64,000 bases of DNA from an uncultured Gammaproteobacteria bacterium (lineage in GTDB: Bacteria; Patescibacteriota; Patescibacteriia; UBA1558; GWA2-36-10), in assembly GCA_964633905.1 (NCBI GenBank), contig CAZWIT010000001.1:65535-129534 (forward strand), given 5' to 3'. The translations under genes were made by a program, and so were the position numbers. The notes under the pieces are model-generated. The model did not search any database. It was given only the letters and a program-made list of their open reading frames with translations, and was not told the origin of the DNA. Of this stretch, positions 38,514 to 48,872 are shown in pieces (within the stretch, counting starts at the first letter, position 1; the number at the start of each line of letters is the position of its first letter).

Positions 38514-38885
38514 ATGAAAATAAGCCAATCGGCTTCTTATTTTCTGATTATTTTGATCAGCTTGGCTTTGATTTTTACTTTTGTTAGTAATAAAAGTAAA
38601 AAAGAAGATAAAATATTATTACAGACATTGAGTTGTCAATCTGATAAAATTGATCAATCTATTTTAAGTTTAAACGCCAAAACTACTTTGATTGGCGCTT
38701 ATATTAATTTTAAAAAAGTGCCAATTACTCAAGCAGAAAAAGATCAGCTTAATAAATTAAAAGTTATGATTGATGAAAAAAGCTGGATTTTTGAAAGAGC
38801 GCAAGCACAAATTCCGACTGCTAGTTTATGCGAATTAATTCAATCGGAAAACATTGATTATATTTTTATTCCTCAATTCAACTAA
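38514..38885 (+). CDS. Hypothetical membrane-anchored protein
   Basis: N-terminal TM; stop adjacent to the pgk start. Confidence 0.6.
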   Translation: MKISQSASYFLIILISLALIFTFVSNKSKKEDKILLQTLSCQSDKIDQSILSLNAKTTLIGAYINFKKVPITQAEKDQLNKLKVMIDEKSWIFERAQAQIPTASLCELIQSENIDYIFIPQFN

Positions 38886-38886
38886 T

Positions 38887-40050
38887 ATGCAATTAAAAAC
38901 AGTTCAATCAATTGAAAAGCTAGAAGGGCAAAGAGTTTTGTTGCGCTTAGATTTAAATGTGCCTTTAAAAGATGGCCAAGTTGCCAAAGATGGTCAAGAG
39001 AGGATTATTAGATCTTTAGCAACTATCAAATATCTGCAAGACAAGGGTGCTAAAGTTATTATCGTAGCTCATTTAGGGCGTCCAGAGGGTAAGGCTGTCA
39101 AAAAATATTCTCTAAAGCCAGTGGCTTTAAGCTTGTCTAAGTTTTTGAAAACTCCAGTAGCTTTGTGGGATAAAGATATTGTTAGTTATCGTAAGGCCAG
39201 CGAGGAACTCGAGCCTGGTCAGGTTGTATTATTGGAAAATATTCGTTTTCAAGAACGTGAGCAAAAAAATTGTAAAAGATTAGCTAAAAAATTAAGCTCT
39301 TTAGCTGATGTCTATGTTAATGATGCTTTTGCTAATATTCATCGCCAAGATACTTCCATGTATACTATTACTTATTTTTTACCTAGTTATGCCGGCTTGC
39401 TTTTACAAGAAGAAATAAAATATTTAAGCAAAGCACAAGCCGAAGAAGCTGGTTTAGTAGTATTACTAGGCGGGGCTAAAGTTTCTACTAAAATTAAATT
39501 AATTAAAAAATTTATTTTATCAGCTGAAAACATCATGATTGGTGGCGCTATTGCTAATACTATGCTAGCGGCCAAGGGTTTGAGTGTAGGTAAATCAGTC
39601 AAAGATAAAGATTATTTAGATGTGGCTCGGCAATTATTGTATCGCAAAGTGCTGTTGCCAGTTGATGTGGTAGTTGCTTCTTCTTTAGACGGTCGTAGCA
39701 CTAGGATAGTGCCAGTTGATAAAATAGCAGCCAGTGATGTGATTATTGATATTGGACCGCAGACTGTCAGGCAGTATTTGAAAATACTAGCCAAAGCAAA
39801 GCTTATAGTTTGGAATGGTCCTTTGGGTTATTTTGAAAACAGTCAGGGCAGGCAGGGCTCTAGCACTATTATGAAAGTAATTTCCAAATATCGGGCCCAG
39901 ACTATTATTGGCGGCGGTGAAACAGTGGAACTAGTTAATTTATTAAAATTAAAAAATAATTTTTCTTTTATTTCTACTGGTGGTGGTGCTATGTTGTCTT
40001 TTTTGCAGGGTGACGTTTTACCGTCTTTAAATAGGTTAAAGAAAACTTAA
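38887..40050 (+). CDS. pgk: Phosphoglycerate kinase
   Basis: RLDLNVP, HLGRP, LLENIRF, NDAF, GGAKVS, WNGPLG, STGGGA. Confidence 0.97.
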   Translation: MQLKTVQSIEKLEGQRVLLRLDLNVPLKDGQVAKDGQERIIRSLATIKYLQDKGAKVIIVAHLGRPEGKAVKKYSLKPVALSLSKFLKTPVALWDKDIVSYRKASEELEPGQVVLLENIRFQEREQKNCKRLAKKLSSLADVYVNDAFANIHRQDTSMYTITYFLPSYAGLLLQEEIKYLSKAQAEEAGLVVLLGGAKVSTKIKLIKKFILSAENIMIGGAIANTMLAAKGLSVGKSVKDKDYLDVARQLLYRKVLLPVDVVVASSLDGRSTRIVPVDKIAASDVIIDIGPQTVRQYLKILAKAKLIVWNGPLGYFENSQGRQGSSTIMKVISKYRAQTIIGGGETVELVNLLKLKNNFSFISTGGGAMLSFLQGDVLPSLNRLKKT

Positions 40051-40088
40051 AATGTAATTCTTGAGATTATAATTTAATAAGAAAAGCG

Positions 40089-40379
40089 ATGGATAAACAA
40101 TATTTTGTTTATATTTTGAGTAATCAGAATAATAATGTGCTATATGTAGGAATTACTAATGATTTAGAACGTAGGATTTTTGAACATAAACATAAATTAA
40201 TAGCCAGTTTTACAAAAAAATATTATGTTAATAAATTAGTCTACTATGAAGAATATGATAATGCTTATGATGCTATAGTTCGTGAGAAACAGTTGAAAAA
40301 TTGGCATAGGTAATGGAAAATTAATTTAGTAGAATCGGTTAATAAAAATTGGGAAGATTTAAGTAAAGAATTTATATAA
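40089..40379 (+). pseudogene. GIY-YIG nuclease interrupted by an in-frame TAA at 40311
   Basis: YFVYIL..LYVGIT..REKQLKNWHR*WKINLVESVNKNWEDL continues the family C terminus. Confidence 0.85.
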
Positions 40380-40389
40380 ATATCAATTA

Positions 40390-40463
40390 GTCATCCTGAA
40401 CTTGTTTCAGGATCTCCAATTAACTATAGTAACTTGGAGATGCCGAAATAAATTCGGCATGAC
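40390..40463. repeat. GTCAT..ATGAC-bounded palindromic (REP-like) doublet
   Basis: GTCATCCTGAACTTGTTTCAGGATCTCC..GGAGATGCCGAAATAAATTCGGCATGAC. Confidence 0.8.
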
Positions 40464-40483
40464 AAAAATAAATAATTAAACTA

Positions 40484-41755
40484 ATGCCGCTTAAAATAAA
40501 AAAAATAAGTGCTCAAGAAATTTTAGACTCACGGGGCAATCCAACCCTCGAGGTTAGTGTTGAGTTGGCTAATGGTTTTGTGGCTAGCGCTGGCGTGCCT
40601 TCTGGGGCTTCCACGGGCCGTTGGGAAGCTTTTGAATTAAGGGATGCAGATCAACATCGCTATGATGGTCTCGGTGTTTTAAAAGCGCTTAAAAACGTTA
40701 ATACTATTTTAAATGAAGAATTAAGTGGTTTGCAAGTTACTGAGCAAGCTCAAATTGACCAACTAATGATTGAGCTGGATGGTACTAAAAATAAAAGTAA
40801 CTTAGGGGCCAATGCTATTCTAGGTGTTTCTTTGGCAGTAGCCAAAGTTGCGGCTAAGGCTAATAATCTGCAACTCTATCAGTACTTGCGTCAATTGTAT
40901 AATAATAAATTAACTAAATATACAATGCCTACGCCAGTAGTCAATGTGATTAATGGTGGTAAGCACGGCAGTACTAATATTGATTTGCAAGAATTTTGGC
41001 TAGTGCCACATCAAGCTCATACTTTTGCTGATAAGCTAAGGCAAGCTAGTGAAATATTCCATGAGCTAGCAAATGTATTACATAATGTTGGTATGGATAT
41101 TGATCTGGGTAATGAAGGCGGTTATTCACCGGAAGCTAAAAGTCATCATCAAATTTTTGATTTATTGATGCAAGCAATCCATAAGAGTGGTTTTTCGGCA
41201 CCCGATGATATTGTTTTAGGTATTGATGCGGGGGCATCAGTATTTTATGATGAGATGGCAAGTACTTATCAATTAAAATTAGAAAAGAAAAAATATAGTT
41301 CGGATGAGCTAGCTGATTTTTATACTGAATTAATGCAAGCTTATCCTTTGCGTTTTTTAGAAGATCCTTTTGATCAAGAAGATTGGTCTGCTTGGCAGCA
41401 TTTTACTAAAGATGATTTTGTGACTAACCATAAAGTAAAAATTATCGGCGATGATTTATTTGTGACTAATGTTAGTCGTTTGCAAAAAGGTATTAAATTA
41501 AAAGCTGCTAATACAATTTTGATAAAACCAAACCAGATTGGAACGCTGACAGAAACTTTAGCAGCGATCAGTTTAGCACAAGCAAGTAACTACCAAATAA
41601 TGATTTCTCATCGTAGCGGTGAAACTACAGATACTACTATTGCCGATCTTGCAGTAGCTGTAAATGCTGAGTATATCAAAACTGGCTCTACTGCAAGGGG
41701 TGAGCGGATTGCTAAATATAATCGTTTATTAAGTATTGAAACTAGACTCAAGTAA
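40484..41755 (+). CDS. eno: Enolase
   Basis: DSRGNPT, PSGASTG, GDDLFVTN, IKPNQIG, SHRSGET. Confidence 0.98.
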   Translation: MPLKIKKISAQEILDSRGNPTLEVSVELANGFVASAGVPSGASTGRWEAFELRDADQHRYDGLGVLKALKNVNTILNEELSGLQVTEQAQIDQLMIELDGTKNKSNLGANAILGVSLAVAKVAAKANNLQLYQYLRQLYNNKLTKYTMPTPVVNVINGGKHGSTNIDLQEFWLVPHQAHTFADKLRQASEIFHELANVLHNVGMDIDLGNEGGYSPEAKSHHQIFDLLMQAIHKSGFSAPDDIVLGIDAGASVFYDEMASTYQLKLEKKKYSSDELADFYTELMQAYPLRFLEDPFDQEDWSAWQHFTKDDFVTNHKVKIIGDDLFVTNVSRLQKGIKLKAANTILIKPNQIGTLTETLAAISLAQASNYQIMISHRSGETTDTTIADLAVAVNAEYIKTGSTARGERIAKYNRLLSIETRLK

Positions 41756-41762
41756 ATAATTT

Positions 41763-43346
41763 ATGCCAAGAATAAATTTTCATCGCAATGATAAAACAAG
41801 TGGGCCGGTAGTTTTGGCTATTTTAGATGGCTGGGGTATTAGTAAGGAAAATACAGGTAATGCTTTTGTTTTAGCTAAAAAACCAACTTTTGATAATTTA
41901 TTTAAAAAGTATCCACATGCAAAACTAGCCGCGTCTGGTGTCGAGGTTGGTTTGCCTGCTGGTCAGCCCGGAAATTCAGAGGCTGGTCATATGAATATTG
42001 GTGCTGGTCGGGTAGTTGAGCAGGATGCTGTTACTGTTTCCCGTTCTATTAATAATGGTACTTTTTTTAAGAACCCAGCTTTTTTGCAAGCCATCAAGCA
42101 TGTGAATAAACATAAATCTAGTATTCATCTGATGGGTTTGATTTCCAATGTTTCTAGCCCGCATTCTGATACTGATCATCTTTTATCTTTGTTAAGCTTG
42201 TTTCAACAAAAAACTAAACAACCGATTTATTTGCATTTATTTACTGATGGCCGTGATAGTCCAATTTTTGCTTCAGCTAAAATTTTAGCTCACTATCGTC
42301 ATATTTTTGATTCAGAGCGCGTGCATATTGCTACTATCATGGGTCGTTTTTATGCTATGGATAGAAAAAAGGCTTGGGATAGGACAAGGGCTGCTTATGA
42401 GGCTATGACTTTAGCCAAAGCCGAATTTTTTGCAGCTAATGCCGAGTCTGCTGTATCAGCGGCTTATGCTAGAGGTGAGAGTGATGAGTTTATCAAACCC
42501 ACAGTTATTTTAAATGGTAAAAAACCAGTAGCTACTATTGGTAATAATGACTCGGTAGTATTTTTTAATTTGCGTTCTGATCGAGCGCGACAGTTGAGCA
42601 AAGTTTTTGTTCAAGCTGATTTTGTCAAAAAAAATCCAGGTGCTTTTAAACCCAGTAAAGTTTTAAATAATTTAGTGTTTGTGGCTTTGACTGACTTTGG
42701 GCCAGATTTAGATAGTATTTTGACTGCTTATCCAGGTATAGATTTAGCTGATACTTTAGTGGCCAGTCTAAAAGATAAACGTCAGCTTTATATTGCTGAA
42801 ACCGAAAAATATGCCCATGTTACTTATTTTTTTAATGGCGGTTATGATCATGCGATTGTTGGTGAGACTAGAGTCAATATTCCTAGTCAAGAAGTAGATT
42901 CTTATGATATGTCTCCAGCTATGTCAGCATCACAAATTAGCAAATATATTGTTGATGTCTTACAAAATAAGCAATTTGATTTTGTAACTGTTAATTTTGC
43001 TAATCTTGATATGGTTGGACATACTGGCAATCTCCAGGCTGCTATTAAAGCCATTGAAGCAGTAGATTTGGCTTTAACTGATATTTTAAAAGCAGTTTTT
43101 GATCATAATGGTACTTTAATAGTTACAGCTGATCATGGTAATATAGAAGAGATGATAAATTTAAAAACTGGCGAAATTGATACCGAACATTCTATTAATC
43201 CAGTGCCATTTATTGTTGCTCAAAAAAATATAAAATATAAAATAAAAAGTAATGGCAGTTTGAGTAATATTGCTCCAACTATTTTAGAAATTATGAATGT
43301 TGATAAACCACTGGCCATGACTGCTAAATCTTTAATTATAAAATAA
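41763..43346 (+). CDS. gpmI: 2,3-BPG-independent phosphoglycerate mutase (copy 1)
   Basis: ILDGWG, GNSEAGH, DGRD, AETEKYAHVT, DMVGHTG, TADHGN. Confidence 0.95.
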   Translation: MPRINFHRNDKTSGPVVLAILDGWGISKENTGNAFVLAKKPTFDNLFKKYPHAKLAASGVEVGLPAGQPGNSEAGHMNIGAGRVVEQDAVTVSRSINNGTFFKNPAFLQAIKHVNKHKSSIHLMGLISNVSSPHSDTDHLLSLLSLFQQKTKQPIYLHLFTDGRDSPIFASAKILAHYRHIFDSERVHIATIMGRFYAMDRKKAWDRTRAAYEAMTLAKAEFFAANAESAVSAAYARGESDEFIKPTVILNGKKPVATIGNNDSVVFFNLRSDRARQLSKVFVQADFVKKNPGAFKPSKVLNNLVFVALTDFGPDLDSILTAYPGIDLADTLVASLKDKRQLYIAETEKYAHVTYFFNGGYDHAIVGETRVNIPSQEVDSYDMSPAMSASQISKYIVDVLQNKQFDFVTVNFANLDMVGHTGNLQAAIKAIEAVDLALTDILKAVFDHNGTLIVTADHGNIEEMINLKTGEIDTEHSINPVPFIVAQKNIKYKIKSNGSLSNIAPTILEIMNVDKPLAMTAKSLIIK

Positions 43347-43347
43347 A

Positions 43348-44925
43348 ATGAAAAGACCTCGCCCAGTAGTTTTGCTTATTCTTGATGGTTTTGGTATTGC
43401 GCCACCTTCGCGCGCTAATGCTATTTCTTTAGCTAAAACCCCAAATTTTGATAAATATTCGGTGCATTATCCAATCATGCCCATTGCTGCTTCGGGTGAA
43501 GCGGTAGGCTTGTCTTGGGGCGAGATGGGTAATAGCCAAGTCGGACACTTATCTTTGGGCTCAGGTTTAATTCCTTATCAAAATTTACCTAGGATTAATA
43601 AATCAATTACCGACGGCAGTTTTTTTAATAACGAAGCATTTTTAGCAGCCATCAAGCACACTCAAGACCATAATAGTGCTTTGCATATTTTAGGTTTAGT
43701 AAGTTCTGGTGGTGTGCATAGCTATAATGAACATCTTTATGCTTTGTTAGAATTAGCGCGTAAGCATAAAGTCAATCAGGTTTATGTGCATGCTTTTTTG
43801 GATGGTCGCGATACGCTCTATAATAGCGGTGTTAATTTTATTTCTAAATTACAAGAAAAATTAAGAAGTATTGGCGTCGGAGTTATCGCAACTGTGGGAG
43901 GGCGTTTTTATAGCATGGATAGGGATAATCGTTGGGATCGGGTTGCTAAAGCTTATGAGGCTATGGTTTTGGGTCAATCTCAAGATAAATATGACGATCC
44001 TATTACTGCTATTCAAGAGTCTTACAAAAAAAATATTTTCGATGAAGAAATGGTGCCCAGTGTTATTATTGATGACTTGGGGCAAGCTAAAGGTAAGATT
44101 AAAGACGGTGATGCAGTAATATTTTTTAATTTTCGTTCAGATCGGGCCAGACAAATGACAGAAGCTTTGACTGTTCCGGGTTTTGAAAAATTCCCTCGTG
44201 AATATTTTAAAGATTTATTCTTGGTGACCATGACCGAATATGAAAAGGATTTGCCAGTTAAAGTTGCTTTCCCACCATTGATAATCGATACGCCACTAGC
44301 TAAAGTAATTTCAGATGCTGGCTTAAAACAATTGCATATTGCTGAAACCGAAAAATATGCACACGTTACTTACTTTTTTAATGGCGGGCAAGAGCAAATT
44401 TATGCAGGTGAAGATAGGATTTTGGTGCCTTCTCCCCAGGTTGTGTCTTATGATCAAAAACCAGCTATGTCAGCACGGGAAATTACTAATAAGATTAATC
44501 AGGCTATTAAAGAAGGTAAATATGATTTTATTGTTGCTAATTTTGCTAATCCTGATATGGTGGCTCATACCGGTAATTTGCAGGCGACAATTGAAGCTAT
44601 TGAATTATTAGATCAATTAATTAATGAAATTGTAGAGGTTACTTTGTCTTATGAGGGCGTTGTTTTAATTACCGCCGATCATGGCAATGCTGAAGGTTTA
44701 TTTGATTTACAAACTGGTGAAATCGAAAAAGAGCATAGTAATAGTCCGGTGCCTTTATTTATCATTGGTTCGGAATTTGCTGGTAAAAGCGTTTTAACTG
44801 GTCTTACAAGCTCGGATCTTAGTCGCATTACGCCAGTTGGTGTTTTGGCTGATGTGGCCCCCACAATTTTAAAAATTATGGGTATTAAAAAACCACCAGC
44901 TATGACTGGCAGTTCCTTAATTTAA
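43348..44925 (+). CDS. gpmI: 2,3-BPG-independent phosphoglycerate mutase (copy 2)
   Basis: ILDGFG, GNSQVGH, DGRD, AETEKYAHVT, DMVAHTG, TADHGN. Confidence 0.95.
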   Translation: MKRPRPVVLLILDGFGIAPPSRANAISLAKTPNFDKYSVHYPIMPIAASGEAVGLSWGEMGNSQVGHLSLGSGLIPYQNLPRINKSITDGSFFNNEAFLAAIKHTQDHNSALHILGLVSSGGVHSYNEHLYALLELARKHKVNQVYVHAFLDGRDTLYNSGVNFISKLQEKLRSIGVGVIATVGGRFYSMDRDNRWDRVAKAYEAMVLGQSQDKYDDPITAIQESYKKNIFDEEMVPSVIIDDLGQAKGKIKDGDAVIFFNFRSDRARQMTEALTVPGFEKFPREYFKDLFLVTMTEYEKDLPVKVAFPPLIIDTPLAKVISDAGLKQLHIAETEKYAHVTYFFNGGQEQIYAGEDRILVPSPQVVSYDQKPAMSAREITNKINQAIKEGKYDFIVANFANPDMVAHTGNLQATIEAIELLDQLINEIVEVTLSYEGVVLITADHGNAEGLFDLQTGEIEKEHSNSPVPLFIIGSEFAGKSVLTGLTSSDLSRITPVGVLADVAPTILKIMGIKKPPAMTGSSLI

Positions 44926-44929
44926 AAAA

Positions 44930-45361
44930 TTAGTTAGGCCAAATATTGATTAGTAAAAAAGTAGTTACTAGACCCAAGATAATACCGACTAGTACTTCGC
45001 TGTTTTTGTGGCCAAAACGTTCTTCTAAAACCGGATAGTGATATTCCTTATTATCAGGTAGCTCTTTGATCAATTGGTTTATTAATTTGCTGTTTTTACC
45101 AATTTGCCAGCGGATACCAGTAGCATCACGGATAGTCAGCAGGGCTAAAATTAAAGCTAAAGCAAAGCTAGGCGAATCAAAGCCTTGAAATTTAGCCATT
45201 AGATAAACTAGGGAAGTAACAACTGCAGCGTGAGAAGAGGGCATGCCGCCGTAGCTAAGTATTGAAAACCAAGTAAATTTGCCTTGAAACATTTCAATGA
45301 CAACCTTGATTAATTGGTTTAAAATCATTACTATAAGGGGGATAAGAAATAGTTGATACAT
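44930..45361 (-). CDS. Divergent PAP2 family (DUF212) membrane protein
   Basis: GGMPSSH, DATGIR, GH; CAT at 45359-45361 shows minus strand (the track label + is wrong). Confidence 0.9.
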   Translation of the reverse strand: MYQLFLIPLIVMILNQLIKVVIEMFQGKFTWFSILSYGGMPSSHAAVVTSLVYLMAKFQGFDSPSFALALILALLTIRDATGIRWQIGKNSKLINQLIKELPDNKEYHYPVLEERFGHKNSEVLVGIILGLVTTFLLINIWPN

Positions 45362-45410
45362 AAGTTTTTATTATAATATAATCATTATAACAAATAATTA
45401 CTAAAATACA

Positions 45411-46166
45411 ATGAATTGGTGGCAGAGTATAATTTTGGGTATTAGTCAGGGCATTACTGAATGGCTACCCATTTCTAGTGACGGACATTTGGTTTTGCTA
45501 GAAAAAATAATGGCTGTGCAAGTTAATATTGCTTTTGATATTTTTTTACATCTAGGTAGTTTACTAGTAATCATTATTTTTTTCCGAGAGCAACTTAAAA
45601 ATTTCGTAAAAGATTTTTTTAAAAAACCAAGTAACTGGCCTGAGGACAGAAAAAAATGGTGGCAGTATTTTTTGATAAGTACTTTGCTTACTGGGATAAT
45701 TGGTTTGAGCATTTATCCTTTTATCGAAAATTTACGCACCTTAGAAATAGCTGCTTATGGTTTTTTATTAACTAGTTTATTTGTAGGGGCTAGCTTTTGG
45801 TCTAAAGAAAAAAGAGATTTTGGCTATATAATTGCTATTTTAATTGGCATTGTCCAAGGTTTGGCAGTCTTACCAGGTGTTTCTCGTAGCGGTTTAAGTT
45901 TGTCAGTAGCTTTACTATATGGCTTGAAGCGCCAAGCCGCCTTTGATTACGTTTTTATACTAGCGATTCCAGCGATCATTGCTTCTTTTATTTTATCAGT
46001 CAAAGATTTAGCTTGGCAGCCGGTTTATTTATTGGGATTTTTTACCACAATTATCGTTGGTCTACTAGCTTTAAATTTACTTAGGAAAATTGTCCAGCAT
46101 AATAAATTTTATCAATTTTGTTTTTATACTTTAGTATTAGGTATAGTAATTTTAGTTTTAAATTAA
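45411..46166 (+). CDS. uppP: Undecaprenyl-diphosphate phosphatase
   Basis: QGITEWLPISSDGH, PGVSRSG. Confidence 0.95.
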   Translation: MNWWQSIILGISQGITEWLPISSDGHLVLLEKIMAVQVNIAFDIFLHLGSLLVIIIFFREQLKNFVKDFFKKPSNWPEDRKKWWQYFLISTLLTGIIGLSIYPFIENLRTLEIAAYGFLLTSLFVGASFWSKEKRDFGYIIAILIGIVQGLAVLPGVSRSGLSLSVALLYGLKRQAAFDYVFILAIPAIIASFILSVKDLAWQPVYLLGFFTTIIVGLLALNLLRKIVQHNKFYQFCFYTLVLGIVILVLN

Positions 46167-46167
46167 T

Positions 46168-47169
46168 ATGAAGATTTTTAAGAAGATATTATCACTCATT
46201 TTTTTAGGAGTATTAGTTTTTGCGCTTTGGTTTGCTTATAATCTATTTTTCAATAATGCTTTAAGTAAAGATCAGAGTTTTAGTATTGAAACTGGTCAGG
46301 GCGTTAATCAAATAAGCGCCAATTTATTTGATCAAGGTATTATTAGAAATAAATTTGTTTTTGAAACTTGGCTATGGTTAAAAAGGGAAGAAAATAAAGT
46401 AGTGGCCGGAGTTTATGATCTGCCGAGGGGGATTAGTATTTATCGTTTAAGTAATACGATCACTAAATTACCAGCCAATAGTCAACGTTCAGTTTTGCTG
46501 CCCGAAGGTTTAGACCGTAGGAGTGTTGCTGAAATTTTAAAAAATAAAGGTTTTGATGCCGATAAATTTTTATTAATTAGTGGTGATAAAGGGGAGTGGC
46601 AGACAGAATTTACTTTTTTGCGGGATGCTCCACGCATTGCTAGCTTAGAAGGTTATATTTTTCCAGACACTTATTTTGTTGATAAATATACAACAGTTGA
46701 GGATTTTATTAAGAAGACTTTAGCTAATTTTGATCGGAAATTAAGTGATAAATTAAGAGCGGAAATTGTTACTCAAAATCAAACCATCTTTGAAGTAGTC
46801 ACTTTGGCTTCTATTATTGAGCGTGAAGTGCCTAATGACTCTGACAAAAAAATGATTGCTGATATTTTTTTAAAGCGCTTAAAGATTAATATGGCTTTGC
46901 AGTCGGATGCCACTGTTAATTTTGTGACTGGCAAGGGTTTAGCTCAGCCGACCTATGCAGATTTGGAAGTTGATTCACCTTATAATACTTATAAAAACCC
47001 AGGCTTGCCTCCGGGCCCTATTTCTAGTCCAGGTATTAGTAGCATTGAAGCTGTTTTATATCCAACTCCTAATGATTATTATTATTTCCTAACTGATAAA
47101 GAAGGTAAAGTTTATTACGCCAAAACTTATGACGAACATTTAGCTAATAAGGCAAAATATTTAGACTAG
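46168..47169 (+). CDS. mltG: Endolytic transglycosylase MltG
   Basis: LEGYIFPDTY, LASIIERE, LQSDAT, SPYNTY..GLPPGPI. Confidence 0.95.
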   Translation: MKIFKKILSLIFLGVLVFALWFAYNLFFNNALSKDQSFSIETGQGVNQISANLFDQGIIRNKFVFETWLWLKREENKVVAGVYDLPRGISIYRLSNTITKLPANSQRSVLLPEGLDRRSVAEILKNKGFDADKFLLISGDKGEWQTEFTFLRDAPRIASLEGYIFPDTYFVDKYTTVEDFIKKTLANFDRKLSDKLRAEIVTQNQTIFEVVTLASIIEREVPNDSDKKMIADIFLKRLKINMALQSDATVNFVTGKGLAQPTYADLEVDSPYNTYKNPGLPPGPISSPGISSIEAVLYPTPNDYYYFLTDKEGKVYYAKTYDEHLANKAKYLD

Positions 47170-47257
47170 GTTTTATTTATAATCTAAAATTAAAAAAAGA
47201 AGCCCGTCGCGTGTGCAACGGGCAATCATTGAGACTTGCTCGGGGCCAGAGACTCTC

Positions 47258-47491
47258 TTAGTACTCGTCATCGATAGGAGTCAATTTTCCTTCGATGTGG
47301 TGGAAGTCCCCCACGCCGAGGTATTTTGCATCGTCCCAGTTGCTGGAGGGGGTTGCTTGGCCTTCCTCCACGGTCTTAGCCTCGGTAATCTCGACCACTT
47401 TACCTTCGATCTGGTAGAAGACTTTGTGATCCTGGTACGTCGCTACGACCTCGGCCTGTTTGGCCGAATAGAAGAGGTGAGTTTTCTTCAC
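47258..47491 (-). CDS. Small GC-rich orphan protein with its own promoter, SD and terminator
   Basis: AGGAGG before GTG; TTGACA 47577-47572, TATAGT 47554-47549; hairpin at about 47202-47224. Confidence 0.7.
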   Translation of the reverse strand: MKKTHLFYSAKQAEVVATYQDHKVFYQIEGKVVEITEAKTVEEGQATPSSNWDDAKYLGVGDFHHIEGKLTPIDDEY

Positions 47492-47649
47492 GGCCTTAGC
47501 CTCCTAGTTGGGGAACAAACTAACTTGACCAGTTTAGTTTTAAACTAAACTATATCATATTATATTTATTTTGTCAATAGTATAGTTATTACAATAATTT
47601 TTCTTGACAAATATTATTTTTTGCCTTATAATATTGCTACAATTTAGTA

Positions 47650-47755
47650 AATAGCCGCAGATAGTGGGTTTTTAGCTAATATTAGCTAGATATAAATCCT
47701 GCCGAGGTAAAAATTTCTTAGTTTTTATTGTCTGCGCTATGACGCAGATTTTTTA
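47650..47755 (+). promoter_or_regulatory. Ribosomal protein L10 leader with attenuator hairpin
   Basis: GCCGCAGATAGTGGG..CCTGCCGAGGT then TCTGCG-CTATGA-CGCAGA-TTTTTT upstream of rplJ. Confidence 0.75.
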
Positions 47756-47769
47756 ATAACAACAATAAT

Positions 47770-48294
47770 ATGCCCCAGAATAAACAACAAAAAGGCGAGG
47801 TTTTACAAAAAATTCAGGAAAAGATTGCTAAAAGCAAAACTATTTTGTTTTCGGCTGATCAGGGTTTAAATGTAAAAACCGTTGAAGATTTACGTAAAGC
47901 TTTAAAAGCAGAAGGCGCTGAGTATTTGGTAGCTAAAAAAACTTTAATTAAAATGGCCACCAAAGAATTAATGCCTAACGAAGAGTTAGATAAAATTGAT
48001 GGTTCAGTTGGTATGACTTTGTCTTATGAAGATGAAGTTAGTGGTGCTAAAATTTTACACAAGTTTGCCAAAGCTAACGAAAAATTAAATATTAGCGGTG
48101 GTATTTTAGAAAACAAGTACATTGATACCAGTGTGGTTCAACGTTTAGCTAGCTTGCCTTCCAAGCATGAACTACTTGCTAAATTAGTTGGTACTATTCA
48201 AGCTCCAGTTTCAGGTTTGGTAAATGTCTTAAGTGGCAATTTACGTAACTTGGTAGGAGTTTTGGGAGCTATTAAAGATAAAAAAGCAAATTAA
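47770..48294 (+). CDS. rplJ: 50S ribosomal protein L10
   Basis: GLNV..LRK..VAKKTL, LASLPS..LLAKL. Confidence 0.96.
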   Translation: MPQNKQQKGEVLQKIQEKIAKSKTILFSADQGLNVKTVEDLRKALKAEGAEYLVAKKTLIKMATKELMPNEELDKIDGSVGMTLSYEDEVSGAKILHKFAKANEKLNISGGILENKYIDTSVVQRLASLPSKHELLAKLVGTIQAPVSGLVNVLSGNLRNLVGVLGAIKDKKAN

Positions 48295-48330
48295 TTAAAT
48301 ATTTTAATCAATAATTAAAAAATTAATATT

Positions 48331-48732
48331 ATGTCAGAAGAAAAGAAAGAAATAACAGTGCCAGCTAAATTTAAAGGCATTGTTGAAGAGATTGAAAAAA
48401 TGTCAGTTTTGGATTTATCTGAACTAGTTTCTATTCTAGAAGATAAATTTGGTGTTTCAGCTGCTGCCCCAATGATGATGGGTGCTATGGCTGCTGCTCC
48501 AGCCGCTGCTGCTGAAGAAAAAACTTCTTTTAGCGTTGAGTTAACAAACGCTGGTAGCAACAAAATTGGCGTTATCAAAGTAGTACGTGAACTTACTCAA
48601 TTAGGCTTAAAAGAAGCCAAAGATCTAGTTGATGCTGCTCCTAAGATGGTTAAAGAAGGTGTCTCTAAAGAAGATGCTGAAAAAATCAAAGCCCAATTAG
48701 TAGAAGCTGGTGCTACTGTCAATTTAAAATAA
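48331..48732 (+). CDS. rplL: 50S ribosomal protein L7/L12
   Basis: [31 protein letters not shown]. Confidence 0.98.
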   Translation: MSEEKKEITVPAKFKGIVEEIEKMSVLDLSELVSILEDKFGVSAAAPMMMGAMAAAPAAAAEEKTSFSVELTNAGSNKIGVIKVVRELTQLGLKEAKDLVDAAPKMVKEGVSKEDAEKIKAQLVEAGATVNLK

Positions 48733-48761
48733 ATTTTTCTATTCAAAAACTGACCCATCTA

Positions 48762-48844
48762 CGTCATTCCCGCGAAAGCGGGAATCCCATTGTTCTGGCA
48801 TATAGTCAAATTAATGGTAGATCCCGCATCAAGTGCGGGATGAC
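48762..48844. repeat. GTCATTCCCGC REP-like doublet inserted in the loop of the rplL terminator
   Basis: CGTCATTCCCGCGAAAGCGGGAATCC..GATCCCGCATCAAGTGCGGGATGAC inside AAAAACTGACCC / GGGTCAGTTTTT. Confidence 0.85.
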
Positions 48845-48872
48845 ACAAGGGTCAGTTTTTATTTGTTTAAAT

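Noticed and set aside
40311-40313. Programmed readthrough of the TAA in the GIY-YIG gene
   Set aside because: TAA is the dominant true stop here; a single nonsense mutation or sequencing error is simpler
44930-45361. ORF track labels this ORF as plus strand
   Set aside because: The plus strand begins TTAGTTAGGCCA and ends GATACAT; the listed protein reads only on the minus strand
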